Part shown: positions 1 to 13,323 of the stretch, piece by piece
Layout of the letters: each line of letters begins with the position of its first letter
Position numbering within the stretch: the first letter of the stretch is position 1
The notes under the pieces: model-generated
Seen by the model: only the letters and a program-made list of their open reading frames with translations
What the model was told of the DNA's origin: nothing
Databases searched by the model: none
Made by a program: the position numbers and the translations under genes
Assembly: GCA_010093605.1 (NCBI GenBank)
Contig: MU004182.1
Coordinates: 2,341,195 to 2,405,194, forward strand
DNA length: 64,000 nt
Direction: 5' to 3'
Origin: Lophium mytilinum
Lineage: Eukaryota

Positions 1-426
1 GAGTAATCCGACGCTGCCGAAACATGTATAACAGGACGGTTCGACACGGCACGAGAAGAAATGGGGTGGCATGGTTCAGCTATAATATCGGTCAGCCAAC
101 TAAAAATAGCACAGGCAGACGACTTGCTGCAGGCAAAGACGATTCGAAGACGTGCTTCTAGAGAAGAAGTACGAATGATACATCTGGACACTGTACACGA
201 CATATCGCAAACCTCCGGTCACCTTGCGTGACACTAAGGGCGCATCGGAGAGTGATCATCTGGACCACAAGCTCATAAACGAGGTAACCGCTTCCGGCCT
301 CAGCCTTGTGAGCAGAAACGCCCCAACGCCGCTTTAAAACGGCCGATCCCGAGACGCGCGCAACGCCAGAAGAGGGGCCGAGACTCCTATCAACAAGAGC
401 AAGCCTGCTCAAAAGAATGAATCTTC

Positions 427-2273
427 GTGTTCCTACCCGGGAATCCGAGAATCTCTACGGGGATGCCTTATGGCAGTATTTTCACGGCCTTCATGCCTTC
501 CATGAACCCTGTATCTCCAATACAGAATGTAGCGGCGGGCAAATCGGAACGCGTTGACAGTATGCAAGCATCTGTGCAGCCATTGAAACCCTCGCATCAG
601 CGAAAAATAGAGAAAGAGGTGCGAAGTTCCCGTCAAAGCAAGCGAGTCAGTCTTTTAATGATTTACAGTACCCTACTTGGGAGCCACCATTAAGTCCGCA
701 CACAACAACCCAATTTCCTTTGGATCGAGACCCACGACCGCGGCCTAATACTGTAAATGAATCTCTTCATGAGAGAAGCCAGTCTCGCGAAGTCACTGAA
801 AACAGTCAAGAATCGAGGCTTGGTATGCTACCCTCTATGAAACATACAGAATTATTCAGGTGGACTTACAAGTGGTACCACAGCGCGAGGAGACCGAGGA
901 AGTTCGAGAGGCCCTGGATACAAACGAAATGAGACGGTTCGCGCAAGGTCATATTCAAAGAGTGTAGGTGGAATGTCACATTTCATCAAAGATCGACCTG
1001 GTGTAAGTAACTTTCTCTCTCAACATCTGTCTGAGCCGATAGCTCAAATTTCTAGCTCAACACATCTGAAAAGATGTCACGCTCAAACGATGTCCGCTGT
1101 AATAATAACGTCCACGCTACCTTCGAAACCAAATTGGAAGACTCCCGTGCCCAGACCGAAATGTGGAAAGCGGCGTACCAGGAGTTACAAGAAAATTTCA
1201 TCCGAAACGATCAAAAACTCAAAGATACTCGGGATGAGCTCGATAAAGCGCTAGCTGTGAACGAACGTACGAAACAATCCGTTACCAAGATGCAAAAAGC
1301 CATGGACGATAAGGAGCTATTTCTAGGCCCTCAGATGACAGACGACGACATCCAGACTAAGTTCAAATCGCTTATTGGTTCCATCAAAACCTGGTCGTCC
1401 AGCTTCCTCGGTGACTACTCGAAGCCCAAGTTCAGTCAGGAGTCTGTCCTCGGATACGCACAGGTTCTTTCGCTTTGCCCTGAGGTCCGCTCCATCGAAA
1501 GTACTCTTGCTAACAAGAAAAATCGGCGCCTTTTCGTGCGAGGCTGGACTGCGTATGTCATGAGCGATCTGGTGTTTCGACATCCAGTACCAACGCCGGG
1601 TGGGGAAGGTCCCAAAAAAGTTGCATTTTCGGACCTATGGTTGGAAGAAAGTGACAGAAATAGTCTGCGCGAGTTGGAAAGTAGGCTCTTCTACGATAGT
1701 GAGTACGAAGCCCAAGGCCATCCGCGCATCTCTTCTTTAGGATGATGACAAAGACTAATCTAACACCGCCCAGAATCCTATCACCCTCACACGTTCAATG
1801 ACTGGCGCGCCTTCACCATAGAGCTCCTCTCCAAAACATACAGAGATAACGGCCTCACGGACAATGCCAGGACGCAGATTACCTCCGCGGCGCGGGAGAT
1901 CATGAGTCTCATCGGGGTCTGGGCAGCTCCCGAGCGGCATATCGAGCTCGAAAACAAACTCATATCCATTTTTGAAGATGCCATAAAGCTATCGCAGCTT
2001 CTTCGTCGACAGCGTGCCCTGTGGCATTTTAGTTTCCCGCAGGCTGTACTGCAGGCCGATGGGAAGGTGCCTGCCCAGCTGCTGTTCGATCAAGCTACTA
2101 TGATGGACGAGTGGTCGGAGAATACGGAGAAGGATCTGCAGCCCTTACACCAGCAGTTTGTCGAGATAGTGGTGTCGCCCGCGCTATTCAAGCGTGGTAA
2201 TGCGGATGGTGAGCGGTACGATGTCGAGTATGCGGCGGTGCCTGCTTTGGTATTGCTGCGTGCGCCGGCCTAG
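427..2273 (+). CDS. Multi-exon hypothetical fungal protein with a low-complexity N-terminus, central coiled coil and helical C-terminal domain; start uncertain and may lie further upstream
   Basis: ORFs 1074-1745 and 1902-2273 join in frame through intron 1699-1773 (GTGAGT...CTAAC...CAG). Upstream introns 823-859 and 1003-1055 also keep the frame (...KDRPG|LNTSEKMSRS...). C-terminus is EIVVSPALFKRGNADGERYD...; no function recognised. Confidence 0.65.
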
Positions 2274-3045
2274 AGGTAGAGTGGATGTTGATAAGAGACT
2301 CTTCTCACTCAATGCACAAAAGACCATACAATAATGTTATAGGTAGACTAGGGCATCACTGAATTTAATAATTCTGTTTTCTTCTGCACGTGGTCGGTGT
2401 ATTTCCTCTGCCACCTACAACCTTTTTAGAAACCCTCAAGAAATGCTATACTGGGATATGCCATGTATGTCAGCGCAAAGCGGCGAGGGCTACGGCAAGC
2501 GCACGGCACCTCCTGTAAAAACAAGCTCACCTTCCTCTAGACCTCTCGCATCCCTACATCATCATCGTGCAATACATCACGTACACGGCCTACAAATCCT
2601 ACCATGAAACCGAGCCACTTCCACGTCCTTGATGAGCGTCAACGTGGGGCCAGTCTGCGCATCTGTGACTCTTTGGTACGCGTTTGCGGTGTGCTATCTA
2701 TTCCACCATGAGGAATTGGGTAAGGTCACGTTGACACGAGACACGAGCATCAGCCCTGTATCCAGAGCGTCGACTTGAATGCAAAGCAATCACAGCTTTA
2801 GATAACTGTGTTTGGCTGCGGCGTTCTGGGGCAAGAATCGATGTCGCCGCCGATTGAGCAATGTTCATGGCCGCGAAACCTGAACGGGATTATTCTAGTA
2901 ACGTAGAGTTGATGATGTCGAGAGGTATGACAAAGAAAACAGTCCCTAGGAATAGAAAAGACTCTGAGGCTTCTTGGATAAGTAACTTCTACCACAGAGT
3001 TGTACATGTATGTTCATGTTTTATCTGAATATGCTCAGTTTATTT

Positions 3046-3740
3046 ACCCTCACTACTATACTTTTCTTACTCCCCCCTCCCCCTTCCAACGCAGATTCAA
3101 CCCCCGAACACCCCCCACTCTCTCACTATCTCCACCAGCACTACTAGCACACATGCAGAAATCCATTATTTCCGCGGCCCTGTCCATAATCCCAACACAG
3201 CGCCGATCCCCGCCAACTCGCACCCCCAAGGATTTCAACGAACCCCCGACACCGACCCCAGCCTCATCCCTGACCCGCCACAACCAAATGAGCGCGGAAG
3301 CAAGAACCCGGTCGCTACTGTACCTTGTCCTCAAGCCTGGGCGGGCGATCTGGCAGCTGCCCGATACACCCTGAGGTCCGCTCTTGCCGCAGTGATGGCG
3401 AGATGGGAGACTCGCGTGCGGCGAGGGAGGCAATATCCCACCCCCTTGATCGGGGGGCCTGGAGGTGAGATGGCGTGTCCAGCATCCGGAGCCGCCTTTG
3501 GGGCCTGGGTAGGAGACCGGTCGGCGGTTCGCGTGGCTTGGGGATGGTTGGGTATCGCTTCGGTTGGGTGTTGCCGACCGTTGCGGGTATAGACGGGGTG
3601 GGGTATAGATGGCGAGTAGGACGTTTTCTGGTCGGTGCGGGTGGTGGGGAGAGGCGGCGACGGGTAGGTCGTCGTAGTGGGTTTTGTGAGGGGAGACGTG
3701 GCTTTGGAGATGGAAGTAAGAAAAGTGTAGTAGTGAGGGT
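3046..3740. repeat. 29-bp inverted repeat pair (27/29 match) enclosing ~640 bp
   Basis: 3046-3074 accctcactactatacttttcttactccc versus the reverse complement of 3712-3740, accctcactactacacttttcttacttcc. Confidence 0.8.
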
Positions 3741-6678
3741 TGGATGGGAGGTTGGAGTATGGGGTAGCGACGTGCTAGAGATGACTTTGCGAGCTTTTGA
3801 TGGTGGGTAATGTTATTGGGAGCAATGTAGAGCTGAGAGGGAGAGAGCTAGAAGTGAGTGCTAATTTTTTTTAAAGAGATTATCAAGCTTACTAGACTAG
3901 TAATTAATGTTATCTAGAGAAAGGTAGTTGGATAGGGATCGAGCTAGAAGTGATTACTAGTCTTTGATTCAAAGTTGCCATTAAGCTTCGAGTGTCTCTG
4001 AGGGTACTACTGAAGTGTCGTATATATTCTATTGGCTAAATTGCTTACAGAAGCCGGGGATTTGGTAAAGCATTTCCTATGTATAAGAAGGAGATGATGT
4101 GCCCTCCCTAGGCCGGTTGTAAAGAAGCAACTGAATCTGGACTTATATCAGTAGATTTGTCTTGTTACTGGATTAGCAGGACGCGAAAAGAAGCTACCGT
4201 GTTGATAGTAGCGATGATAGAAGTATTATTGAACCTGAATCGGTGGCCAAGGACAGGACGATAGTAGATGCTTACATCTGCAGAAGGCTTTACACACTCG
4301 CCCTCTCGATTTTTCACACAGCTGGCAAGCCTAGTAAAGAAAGGGAGAGACTGAGGTAGAATCGCCCTCGAGTTTGAAGACGCTCTTAACGACAATTTTA
4401 GTTAGAACACTGAAGGAGAGCACGTAACATTCCCATTAACTTGAAGATCGTCTGTACACCGGCACGCACAGCGACGAACACTCAACAACCCGAACACTAT
4501 GAGCCAAAGAAAGATTCCGAGATGCTCAGTATCGCTCGAGTCTGGGAGAATGCTCACAAGCCAACCCACCTGCCCAACGAACCAGTCTCCCACCACCTCG
4601 CCTGCGGACACCTCGCCCTACCGCGTGAACCCACACCACACATTCTAGACTCACTTCTCTTCTCGCCAACCGCATATCGCTCGTAGTAGTAAAGTCGCAA
4701 AGGCAGCACACCGTTATCTGCGCGCAATATATGAGGCGCGGGTCCAGCCTCGCACTGCATAAATTGTTGATTAAGATGGCTCCATCAATATCGAGTTGAC
4801 TGAGCTACCGCTCTCAATCGGGAAAGACTAATGCATTCGCACTTTACAGCATCTCAACCTAACGCATCAATAGACTATCACAACGCATAGGCTGCCAATG
4901 CACCACGATCATTAGTGTTCTGCATAACTATATTGTAGGAGCGCGAGAGCTAATGCATTGACGCTTTTTAAATTGTGCTGGGGGGATGAAGGAAGGGGTA
5001 TGGATCCTGGTTCCCTGTTTGCTTGCCGTGTGTGTGGCGGCTGCAAGGCCCCGACTTCTGGAATCCATTGGGATCCAGGATTTTGTGTCGCGGCGGCGGT
5101 TTCGTTTCGTGAGACTACTGCAACCCAGGGGCTAAAAATAAAGCCACTCTGCGTTTTCTTGCTTTGTTGATGGTGGTTTGACGATTGCGACGCCCAGCTC
5201 GGGCGACGCGGGAAAAGGGTGAGTTGTTCGTTGCGGTGTGTTGCGGTTGCATGAGGCGATGGATTCATTCCAAACACACGGGTTGAACGGCTGGGTGGGT
5301 GCTAGATGGCCGACCGGGCTTCAAGCAGGTTTCTTACTGATGGAAGATTGCGCATGGCATTTTTGCGTGGACGGGTTTTGGGGGAGTAGAGGCATCCCCC
5401 GCCCGTCGGTGTTGGAGGTTGGACAACCCTTTTTGCGAAAAACGTGGTGTGGCACAGCAGAGAGTGCTTGCTGCAGACTTCGTGAGACAACGGGAGGCAG
5501 GTCGTACCGAGCTCGAGCGCTGTCTCTCCCCCTGACGAGAACGCAGCAAAGAAGAAAGTTGGAAAGACAGTTTTCTCCTAACTCCTGAGGACACAGCCAC
5601 CCATCACCCGCAACTTGCCCTTCCTTCAGCCCTCTCAGGAGTCCGGAAGAAACCCCCTCCCCAACGGTGGAAATTAGACCTTCCGAACACCCCGTTGCCC
5701 TCGCGCGCCGCCGCCCGGCCACCTTCGCCTGCGGGCGGGCGCTGCTCGGCGAAACGTCAAGCATTTGGCGAAGCAACTGGCGTTCGTCTGCGGCGTTCTC
5801 CTTGTGGCGTTGTTACGTTGGTGCTGCTCTCGCTTCCCGGCCAGGGGAGACGGATTGAGCTGTTTTCGGTGGCGCGCGGTTGCTGTTTGGGGTGATCCGG
5901 CGTGCAGTGTGGCGTTTGGCACGCGCGGGGGGTTGACGATAAGCTTTGAGAGGGGGAGGGCGTTGGGATGGGGAGCTGAATGGCTGAACGGCTGAACGGC
6001 TGGATTGGGGGGGTTGAGTTTCGATAGTCAAACGATGGATTATGGGCTGCATTGGGTGGGTAAGTTTCGATAGCAAAGCATAGATTATGGGACGAGATGG
6101 GTTGAGGAAGGTACGCCGCGGCGTGATGGAGCTGTTTGTTTTGGCCTGGGTGTAGTGATGGTGATGTGCCCAGGTGGGTAGGTGTGGGAAGTCTGCTAGG
6201 GATTAGACAGTCGGTGGACTACGAGCTGCTCAAGGAGTCAAGATAGATGGGTAGTGCACGCTTCGAGCACATACGATGGTAAAGACACGATAGTATCGAG
6301 TTGGTAATCACTTCCAAAGCAGATTCGTATGCAAAGAGTAGGGCAGGCATGAAGAAGCATATCGTGATTTGTATGTACACCCTGTAACAACGATGTAATG
6401 TCTCCTCAGCACCCTCTCATCCCCTCTACCTCTCACAGCAAACTCGTGGGTCAAGATGTCCATTTGCCCTCCACGCTCTGTCGTTGAAGACCTCTTCCAC
6501 TAATACAACAGTCTCTAAATGAAAAGTTTTGCGTAGTATGCATGCATATGCGTCGGGGGACATCAAACTCAAAAGAAACAAGACAGCATGTGGAATATTA
6601 AATGGAATTAAAGATTATGCGCCAACGTCCATCCGCCCACTTATGCCCAAGGAGATACGCTGGAAGAGCTGAAATGTT

Positions 6679-9600
6679 TTACACGCCCGGCAGAAGGAAG
6701 TCGGGGTGGGCTGGCCAGTTGCCCAAGCTCGCGAGATCTTGGCCAACGCGGACCCACACGGCCTTGCTGGGCACACCCGCAGTGTTCAGCGCAAACACTT
6801 GGAACCAACCCGGAGGGCAGATCTTGTTGTCCGGCGGCGCGGTGATGGTGCAGATACCGCCCCCGCAGCTAAAGTCGGGGAAGAAGGTGCGCATGCCCAT
6901 GCTGTTGCCGTGCGTGCTCGATGTGGCGCCCATGAGAGAGATCTTGCTGATAGGGGAGTCGGTGGTGATTTGGAAGGTCGCGGCCCAATTGACGTGCTTG
7001 TTGGCGGCAGTGATGGAGATGACGGGTTGCGTTGGAGAGCCCATCAGATACGGCGGGATGAAGACCTCATTCCTGTACTCTTGGACGAAACGCACGTCTT
7101 CGGGATCAGAGCCAGAGACGAGAACGCGTCCGTCATCGAGGAGGACAGCCTCGGAGTGGTAGAGACGATCGACGGTCGTGTTAGCAGCTACAGTCATGCG
7201 GTGGTTGACCGGAGCACTCGGGTCGTAGATAACAGCATTGTGGTTAGGCTCTGTGCAGAGACCGAACCCAGCACGACCTTGCTGGCCACCGTTCATGATG
7301 ACGAAAGTCCCGTCCGGAAGGGCAGTCATGCAAGAGATGACACGCTTGGACGGCATGCGTTCGATGACCCACTCCGCGCCTATCACATCGGGAGTGATCG
7401 AAACGCAGTTGTCCAGGGCAAACTCAGGGCCGGGAATAGAGCCACCGCACATCATGACAGTCAAGGGGTCGCTGTACGGCGAGTGCTGAGGCATGATAAC
7501 TGCAGTTCCTTCGAAGGGATAGGTACGGCCACCGAGGAAGTCGTTGACAGCGCCAGGAATGTTGGGAAGGACCCGCTTGGTTTCGAGAGTGACAACGTCC
7601 AAGATGCGTGCTTCGTTGTAGTACGCGACAAAGATGTCTCCGCTGGGGAGGACTGCGAGGAAAGGATACAAATTGTAGGGGTCCGTGCGCTCAAGCCAGT
7701 CACAGTAGAGGTACGGTCCGGTGGTGGGAAGAATCTCGAGGGATGGCACTGGCGCACCGTTCGAGCCTTGTTCACCTCCAACAACCAGGATAGATCCGTT
7801 AGGCATGATCATAGCAGTAGGGTACCAACGACCTTTCTGGAGGTGGACTTCCTGGACGTTCTCTTGCCAATCATTGACGCCGTCCACGCCGGGAGAGCCA
7901 TCTGGCCAGTAGAGGCGGATACCGTAGGTATCGTCGTTCGCCCAGCCTCCAATGTTGATTTGCCGTCCAGCCTTGTCAGGAAGGGTCAAGCCTGCAGAGC
8001 AGAAAACGTCAGACTTGACGTGCATCTCACGCCAGGCCCCTGTGAAGTTGTTGAGTTGCGCAATGTCCAGTTCGTAGGCTCCAGTGGCGTTAGGGTTACC
8101 AGTTCCGTGCTTCTCGAGGAAAGTGACCTTGCCGTTAATAGCAGGTGTGGTGATAAGAGGAACGATGACACCGCCGATCAAGAATTCATACGCGCCAGCT
8201 GCATTGCCTGAGGCGTAGTTCCACGCAGTAAGAGAAGGACCGGTCCACTTGTAGTAAGAGATTCGGTTACCGCCACCACATAGGTAAGTCGCGTTTCCAG
8301 TGCAGACACTGTTGCAGTCGGCTTCCGGCTTCTGGTTGCCAGGCAGGACATTGGCAGGATCACCACAGTCTATGAAAACGATATTAGCACCTTCTCAACC
8401 AAAAACGTTACCAAGTAGCAATACTCACAGCATTCGTCACCGAACTCCATTCCACCAGCCTCATACCCAAACTGTTGGCAAGAAGCCAGGCAGTTGTTGG
8501 CCGTGTTGTTCTTGGGGAGGATTAACTGGTACGCGAAAGTTCTCGCTTCAGCGTCGTCATACAAGCAGTACTGGTATTCCCAGCTACCATTGAGATTCTG
8601 AGTCTGTGTTGCAGGTGGCTGGTAGACTTGAAGAGGCGCGTCAGAGTAGATGCTCATCCGGTTACCGGCACCACACTTCTCGGTCGCATCGCCCGCACAG
8701 TTCATATTACAGTCACTGTCAGAAGTGAGGGCACCACCATTGCGAACAAAGTCGTCGCAGAAGCACTGGGCACCGTATTGCATACCAGCAACAGCATATC
8801 CGAGGCCATCGCAAGTGGCCACACACTGCTCAATTGTGTTGCTGCTGCTGTCGGGCTCCTGGTTTTCCATGATGCGGCCATTGGCTCCGTCAATGTAGCA
8901 GCCCTTGTAGGCCCATCCAGTAGGAAGCGCGGTGTTAACAGGCTTGGTAGAAGTTGGTGTAGCTGCTACGGTTGCAGAGGCTGCTGCACTCGTTGTCGTC
9001 GTAGAAGCTCCGCCAACAACTTGGAAGACGTTCAACCGGTTGGGGCCACCGCAGGTCTCCTGGGCGTTTCCGTTGCAAGGCTTGTTGCAAAGCGCGTTTC
9101 CGTCTGGTGCTGGGCCACCATCATTGGAGAATTCGTTGCCGCAGTAGCATTCTCCTCCGTACTCGACACCAGCGTACGTGAAACCTTCACACGCAGAGGT
9201 GCACTTCTCGATCGTGAGATCACCTGGGGGGAACTCGTAGGTAGTAAGGGTGCGGGCGCCAGCGGAGTCTGTATAGCATCCCAATGCCTTCCAGCCATCT
9301 GGAGCGGTCTTGGAAGAATACACACTCAGTGCATTAGACCCACCACAGAACTCGGTGCTGTTCCCATTGCAAGTCATGCTACAGCTCGAGTCGTCAAGCA
9401 GCGCACCGGTACCCCCGATAGCGTTGGCGCAGTCTAAGAGAAGAATTATGAATAAAGCTGCCATGTACGATGTGGTAAAGAAAAGACTTACAGCACTCAG
9501 ATGAATATTCCACACCAGCTAAGACATACCCGGCATCCGAACATGTGGAAACACAAAGGGCTACAGTCAAAGCCGACTGCCCGCCAGGCACTGGCAAGCC

Positions 9601-10588
9601 GTGGTTCAAGGTGCGGCCGGCATTGGTATCACTACGATGTCAGGGTCAGCTTCCCCTCATCCTATAATTGGCAACACTCATGCCTGGGAAGTGCGATGAT
9701 TGATTACGGCAATGCCGCGTAGTTAATCCCCGAATAGCAACCACCATGCGTTGCCCCAGCCGCGCACAGGACTCAGGTCCCGGGAATTGAAGCAAACAAG
9801 GGCATGAAGAGATCTTGTGCCGTGGCTCTGGTATCGGAAAACGGAAGCATTGTGCTCACCTGTAGCAGCCCTGGTAATGGGAACCGTCAACACCAGGGTT
9901 GATGAATGGGCCAGGGTCCTGGGCTGGTGGTGGTGTCGAATAAACAGTCATGCGATTAGGACCACCGCAGGGCTCGGTAGCATCGCCATTGCAGGCCATG
10001 TTACATGTGCTATCATCGTCCAGGGTGCTAGTGCTTTGCAGTTTGTTTCCACAGTCTAGAACAAAGATAACTGATTAGAGCTGACTCTACGAATCTGACG
10101 GACTCATGCCCGCTCGCGGTGTGCAGGGTAAGAGCTGGTAACGGGATATTGAGGATTGAACATACAGCATTCTCCCGCGTACTCGGTTCCGGCATAGATG
10201 TAGTTTTTGCCTTTGCAATATGACACGCAGGCCTCATTGGTCATGGAATTGCCACTGTTGTAGCCTGCGCTAACGAGACCTCGGGCACCTACGCTATCAC
10301 TGAAGGCGCATACATATTAATTGAATGAATTGCGCTAGGAAGTTGACATATACGTACGTGTAGCATCCGAGATAGGTCCAATTGGTAGCTGGAGCAGCCG
10401 GGGGCGTCAGAGCACGCTTATCGTGGTGGTGGTGAAGAGTAGCACTGGTAAACGAGGCCTGTACAACATTGTTTAGCAAGGCCCATCCAACCGGAACCGG
10501 AAGTTGGACAAGGAAGTTTCCACTAAACACGCACGCTGGATATTAATAATAAGGCAGAAAGCGCCGAGGTAACGATCGTGGGTGCCAT
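6679..10588 (-). CDS. Secreted copper radical oxidase (glyoxal oxidase-like, CAZy AA5_1) with five N-terminal WSC domains
   Basis: Signal-like start MAPTIVTSALSALLLISS at 10588. Five Cys-rich WSC modules (W.Y.GCY...EYG.ECYCG...C...C.GN..E.CGG.NR..VY). Catalytic domain in ORF 6679-8181 retains FCSAG, RWYPT, RLYHS and STHG, which carry the Cys-Tyr cofactor and Cu ligands. Several GT-AG introns. Confidence 0.93.
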
Positions 10589-11646
10589 AACGGCAAAGAG
10601 CACGCAAAGAAAGCACAAGAAGAACGAGTGTGAAGAAGCGACAGAAACGGGCGGGCGGCCGCCAAAAGTACTCAGCAGAGCGACAGATGCAAAAGGCTCC
10701 ACAGGCTCTACAGCGCCTGAGTAGTGGAGGGGGTAGAAGTCAGAAGGGTCCAGACAGGGGGTTGGGGCTATCGATTGCGGGACAGGTGGTTCGAGTCGCG
10801 TTCGACTCCCTCTTCAGCTCAGCCCTGAGAGGCTGGAAGACGACAGGCGACAGCGAGACGCGGGCTATCCGAGTCGTGAGGGCTCCAGGCGAGCGGCGCA
10901 CGTATTCGGGACATGATATTCCCAGGCTGGGCTTGAGGCTGAGCCCGTCTGGAGCTCGTGGCTTGCCAAACACAACGGCAAGCCGACCACGCAGGAGCCA
11001 TGCACGCGATTATGGGCCGGTGTATGGCCGGAAATGCCAGAGGCGTTGGCGCGGGCGAGACTTGGGTGGGCGGCTGTCTTGGGTGCATGGTGGTGGAGAT
11101 GGGAGGGAGCATGGACGCAGTCTTGACGAGGTCGATATCGATGCACGGACGGCACGAGAAGGTCGGCCAGGCTCGGCGCTATCTTTGATGCCAGGATGAC
11201 ATGCTCCCTTCCCGAATACCCCTGGCGCTACAGGGACCTCCCATGCCGCCGATTAAACGCAGGGGGTTCGGACCGCCTGCCTGCCGTGTGGCGAGAAGCA
11301 TGCCGAGACCCTAGCCTATCACATACAGCTGCTGGGCACTGCATGCAATTGCTGGGCACGGCGCGGCTGGTGCTGGGCGCCCCAAGAATTGATAGTTATG
11401 CAACGGCGCGAAAAGGAACGATTGCTGAATTAAGTATCGAATCCACCTGACCCCGAGCCTCTAGTTTGCCGTCATGTGTTTGCTGCTGTCCGATTTGCTG
11501 CTGACCGATGTTCCAAGGAGCGCCGAAGTAACCTTTAATCCATGACCCGCGAGAATTACAATAGCTGTACCAAGAGAAAAACTGCCCCCTGCGTCTAGCC
11601 AGTCTGAGGGCAAACAACTGCGAACCCCGACTGTCGAATTGGCCGC

Positions 11647-13323
11647 TCAGCACGCGCCCTCCCTCCACATCTTCACACTCTTGACCGTCAGCCCACGTTC
11701 GTCGCCCTCACCCCACGTGTCAATCCACTGGGGTTGGCTGTCCCAGAACTCCTTGGGCGACTGGCCACTCTTGTCACCCCACGGCTTGTTACCCACGCCG
11801 TCTGGGAAGAAGCCGTTAGTGCCACCGACAGCGACGTTGAGGATTAGGTAGAACGGCTGGTCGAAGGGAGTGTTGTGACGGCCAGTCTGCGACCACGGGT
11901 CGAAGAGTGCCGAGTGGTTGAAGATGGACTGTCCGAATTTGCCACGGTCCCACATGTTCTTCTTGCTGTTGAACTTGATGAAGAAGACTTGCTATAGGGG
12001 AGTCAGCTATTGTGCTTCATACGTCATGCTTGAGCGGGGGTATGAAGATGAGAGATGATGTCAGAGATCAAACGTACAAGAAGACGACTGTCAATGTATG
12101 TGAAGAGGTAGTTCTCGCTCCACTATGGCGTCGTTAGCAAGTGATACTTGTGCTACTGGTCGAGCGTCATTAGGTTACCTCGACTCCGTACGTGTGGAAC
12201 TTTTCCGTGTAATCGGTTCGACGCACGCGATGCTGTCCCGAGGTTCTGTAGAAGGCATCCGCTTCCGGCACCGGGCCCCAATGCAGGGCACTGATGAGGG
12301 CATCCCGGCCACCGCTCGTGTAGTCGTCGCCGAAGTTGCCTCTGCTCTCAGCAATGTCGATTTCTCCAGACGCTGGCCATGGGCCGTAGGTGTCGTGCTC
12401 GGGCATCATCCAGATGGCAGGCCAGAGCCACGATCCCTTGGGCATCTTGGCGACAACTTCGACCTTCCCATAGGTGATAGACTTCTTGCCCTTGGTGGTG
12501 AGACGGGCACTGCGGACCGGGTTGATGATGGCGCCTGACGTCTTGTTGCTGCGAATGGCGCACATGGTGACATCCGTGGAAGTGCAAGTACCCGCAGTCG
12601 TGAGATTGAGCACATAATTGTCCGTCAGCTGGTCGATGGTGATGTCAGTAGACTCTGTCGTGAGGGTCGGCACAATGTGGAGGCCCTTGTCATCCGTGTA
12701 GGCATTCTTTGGGTCATTGGTAGTCCATTCGAAAGTGCCACTGCCGAAACCACCACGCTGGATCTCGTAGCTCCAGTTGTCCATGTCAATTTTTTGGAAG
12801 TCGTCTTCCAATATCAGACAGTACTGAACACACGTCAGATCACCCTTGTGTGAAGAGGCAAATTACTGACCTCGTGGTCTGAGACGGATGCATAAGCAAA
12901 GTAGCAGATGAGAGCACCGATGACAATCCCAATGAGAATAGAGCCGTAAAAGATCATGGGCTCCCACTTCTTGCGGGGGTTCTTGTTGGCCACCCAGGGC
13001 TTCTCATAGCTGATGATGTTAGAAGGTTCAGACCGAAGTGCAGTGCTGCTTACTCTGGGCCCTTCCATCGCGCACTCTTGAACTTGCGAAGGCGTGCCTG
13101 TGGTCCTGCTGAAGCTTGTGAGCCAAAACTTCACGATGCTCGTCATGATGGCGATTTACGAACCTGATATGGCAGTGGCGGGGAAGTAGGAATGGCGGTC
13201 GTCGCTGCCCTCTTCAGTGGGAGCGCGACTTAGGCGGATGGGAGTCGCAAAGGGATTCGTTCCAATGCCTCCATGGGGCGTATGGGCTCCATGGGGCGTG
13301 TGGATGGAGTTTGAGCTGGACAT
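11647..13323 (-). CDS. Glycoside hydrolase family 16 (beta-1,3-glucanase / beta-glucan-recognition-protein-like), with an N-terminal cytosolic tail and one TM anchor
   Basis: Motifs SARL, YGKVEVVAKMPKGSWLWPAIWMMP, WPASGEIDIAE (ExDxxE catalytic), FHTYGVEW and PFDQPFYLILNVAVGG. Hydrophobic stretch IFYGSILIGIVIGALICYFAY follows KNPRKKW. Start MSSSNSIHTPH at 13323; several introns. Confidence 0.9.

Noticed and set aside
6017..6091. Short imperfect direct repeat (agtttcgatag...gattatggg x2)
   Set aside because: Two copies only, in low-complexity G-rich intergenic DNA; no sign of function.
6706..8211. 501-aa plus-strand ORF (also 8628-9437) opposite the copper radical oxidase
   Set aside because: Antisense shadow in codon register with a strongly codon-biased gene; no recognisable motifs.
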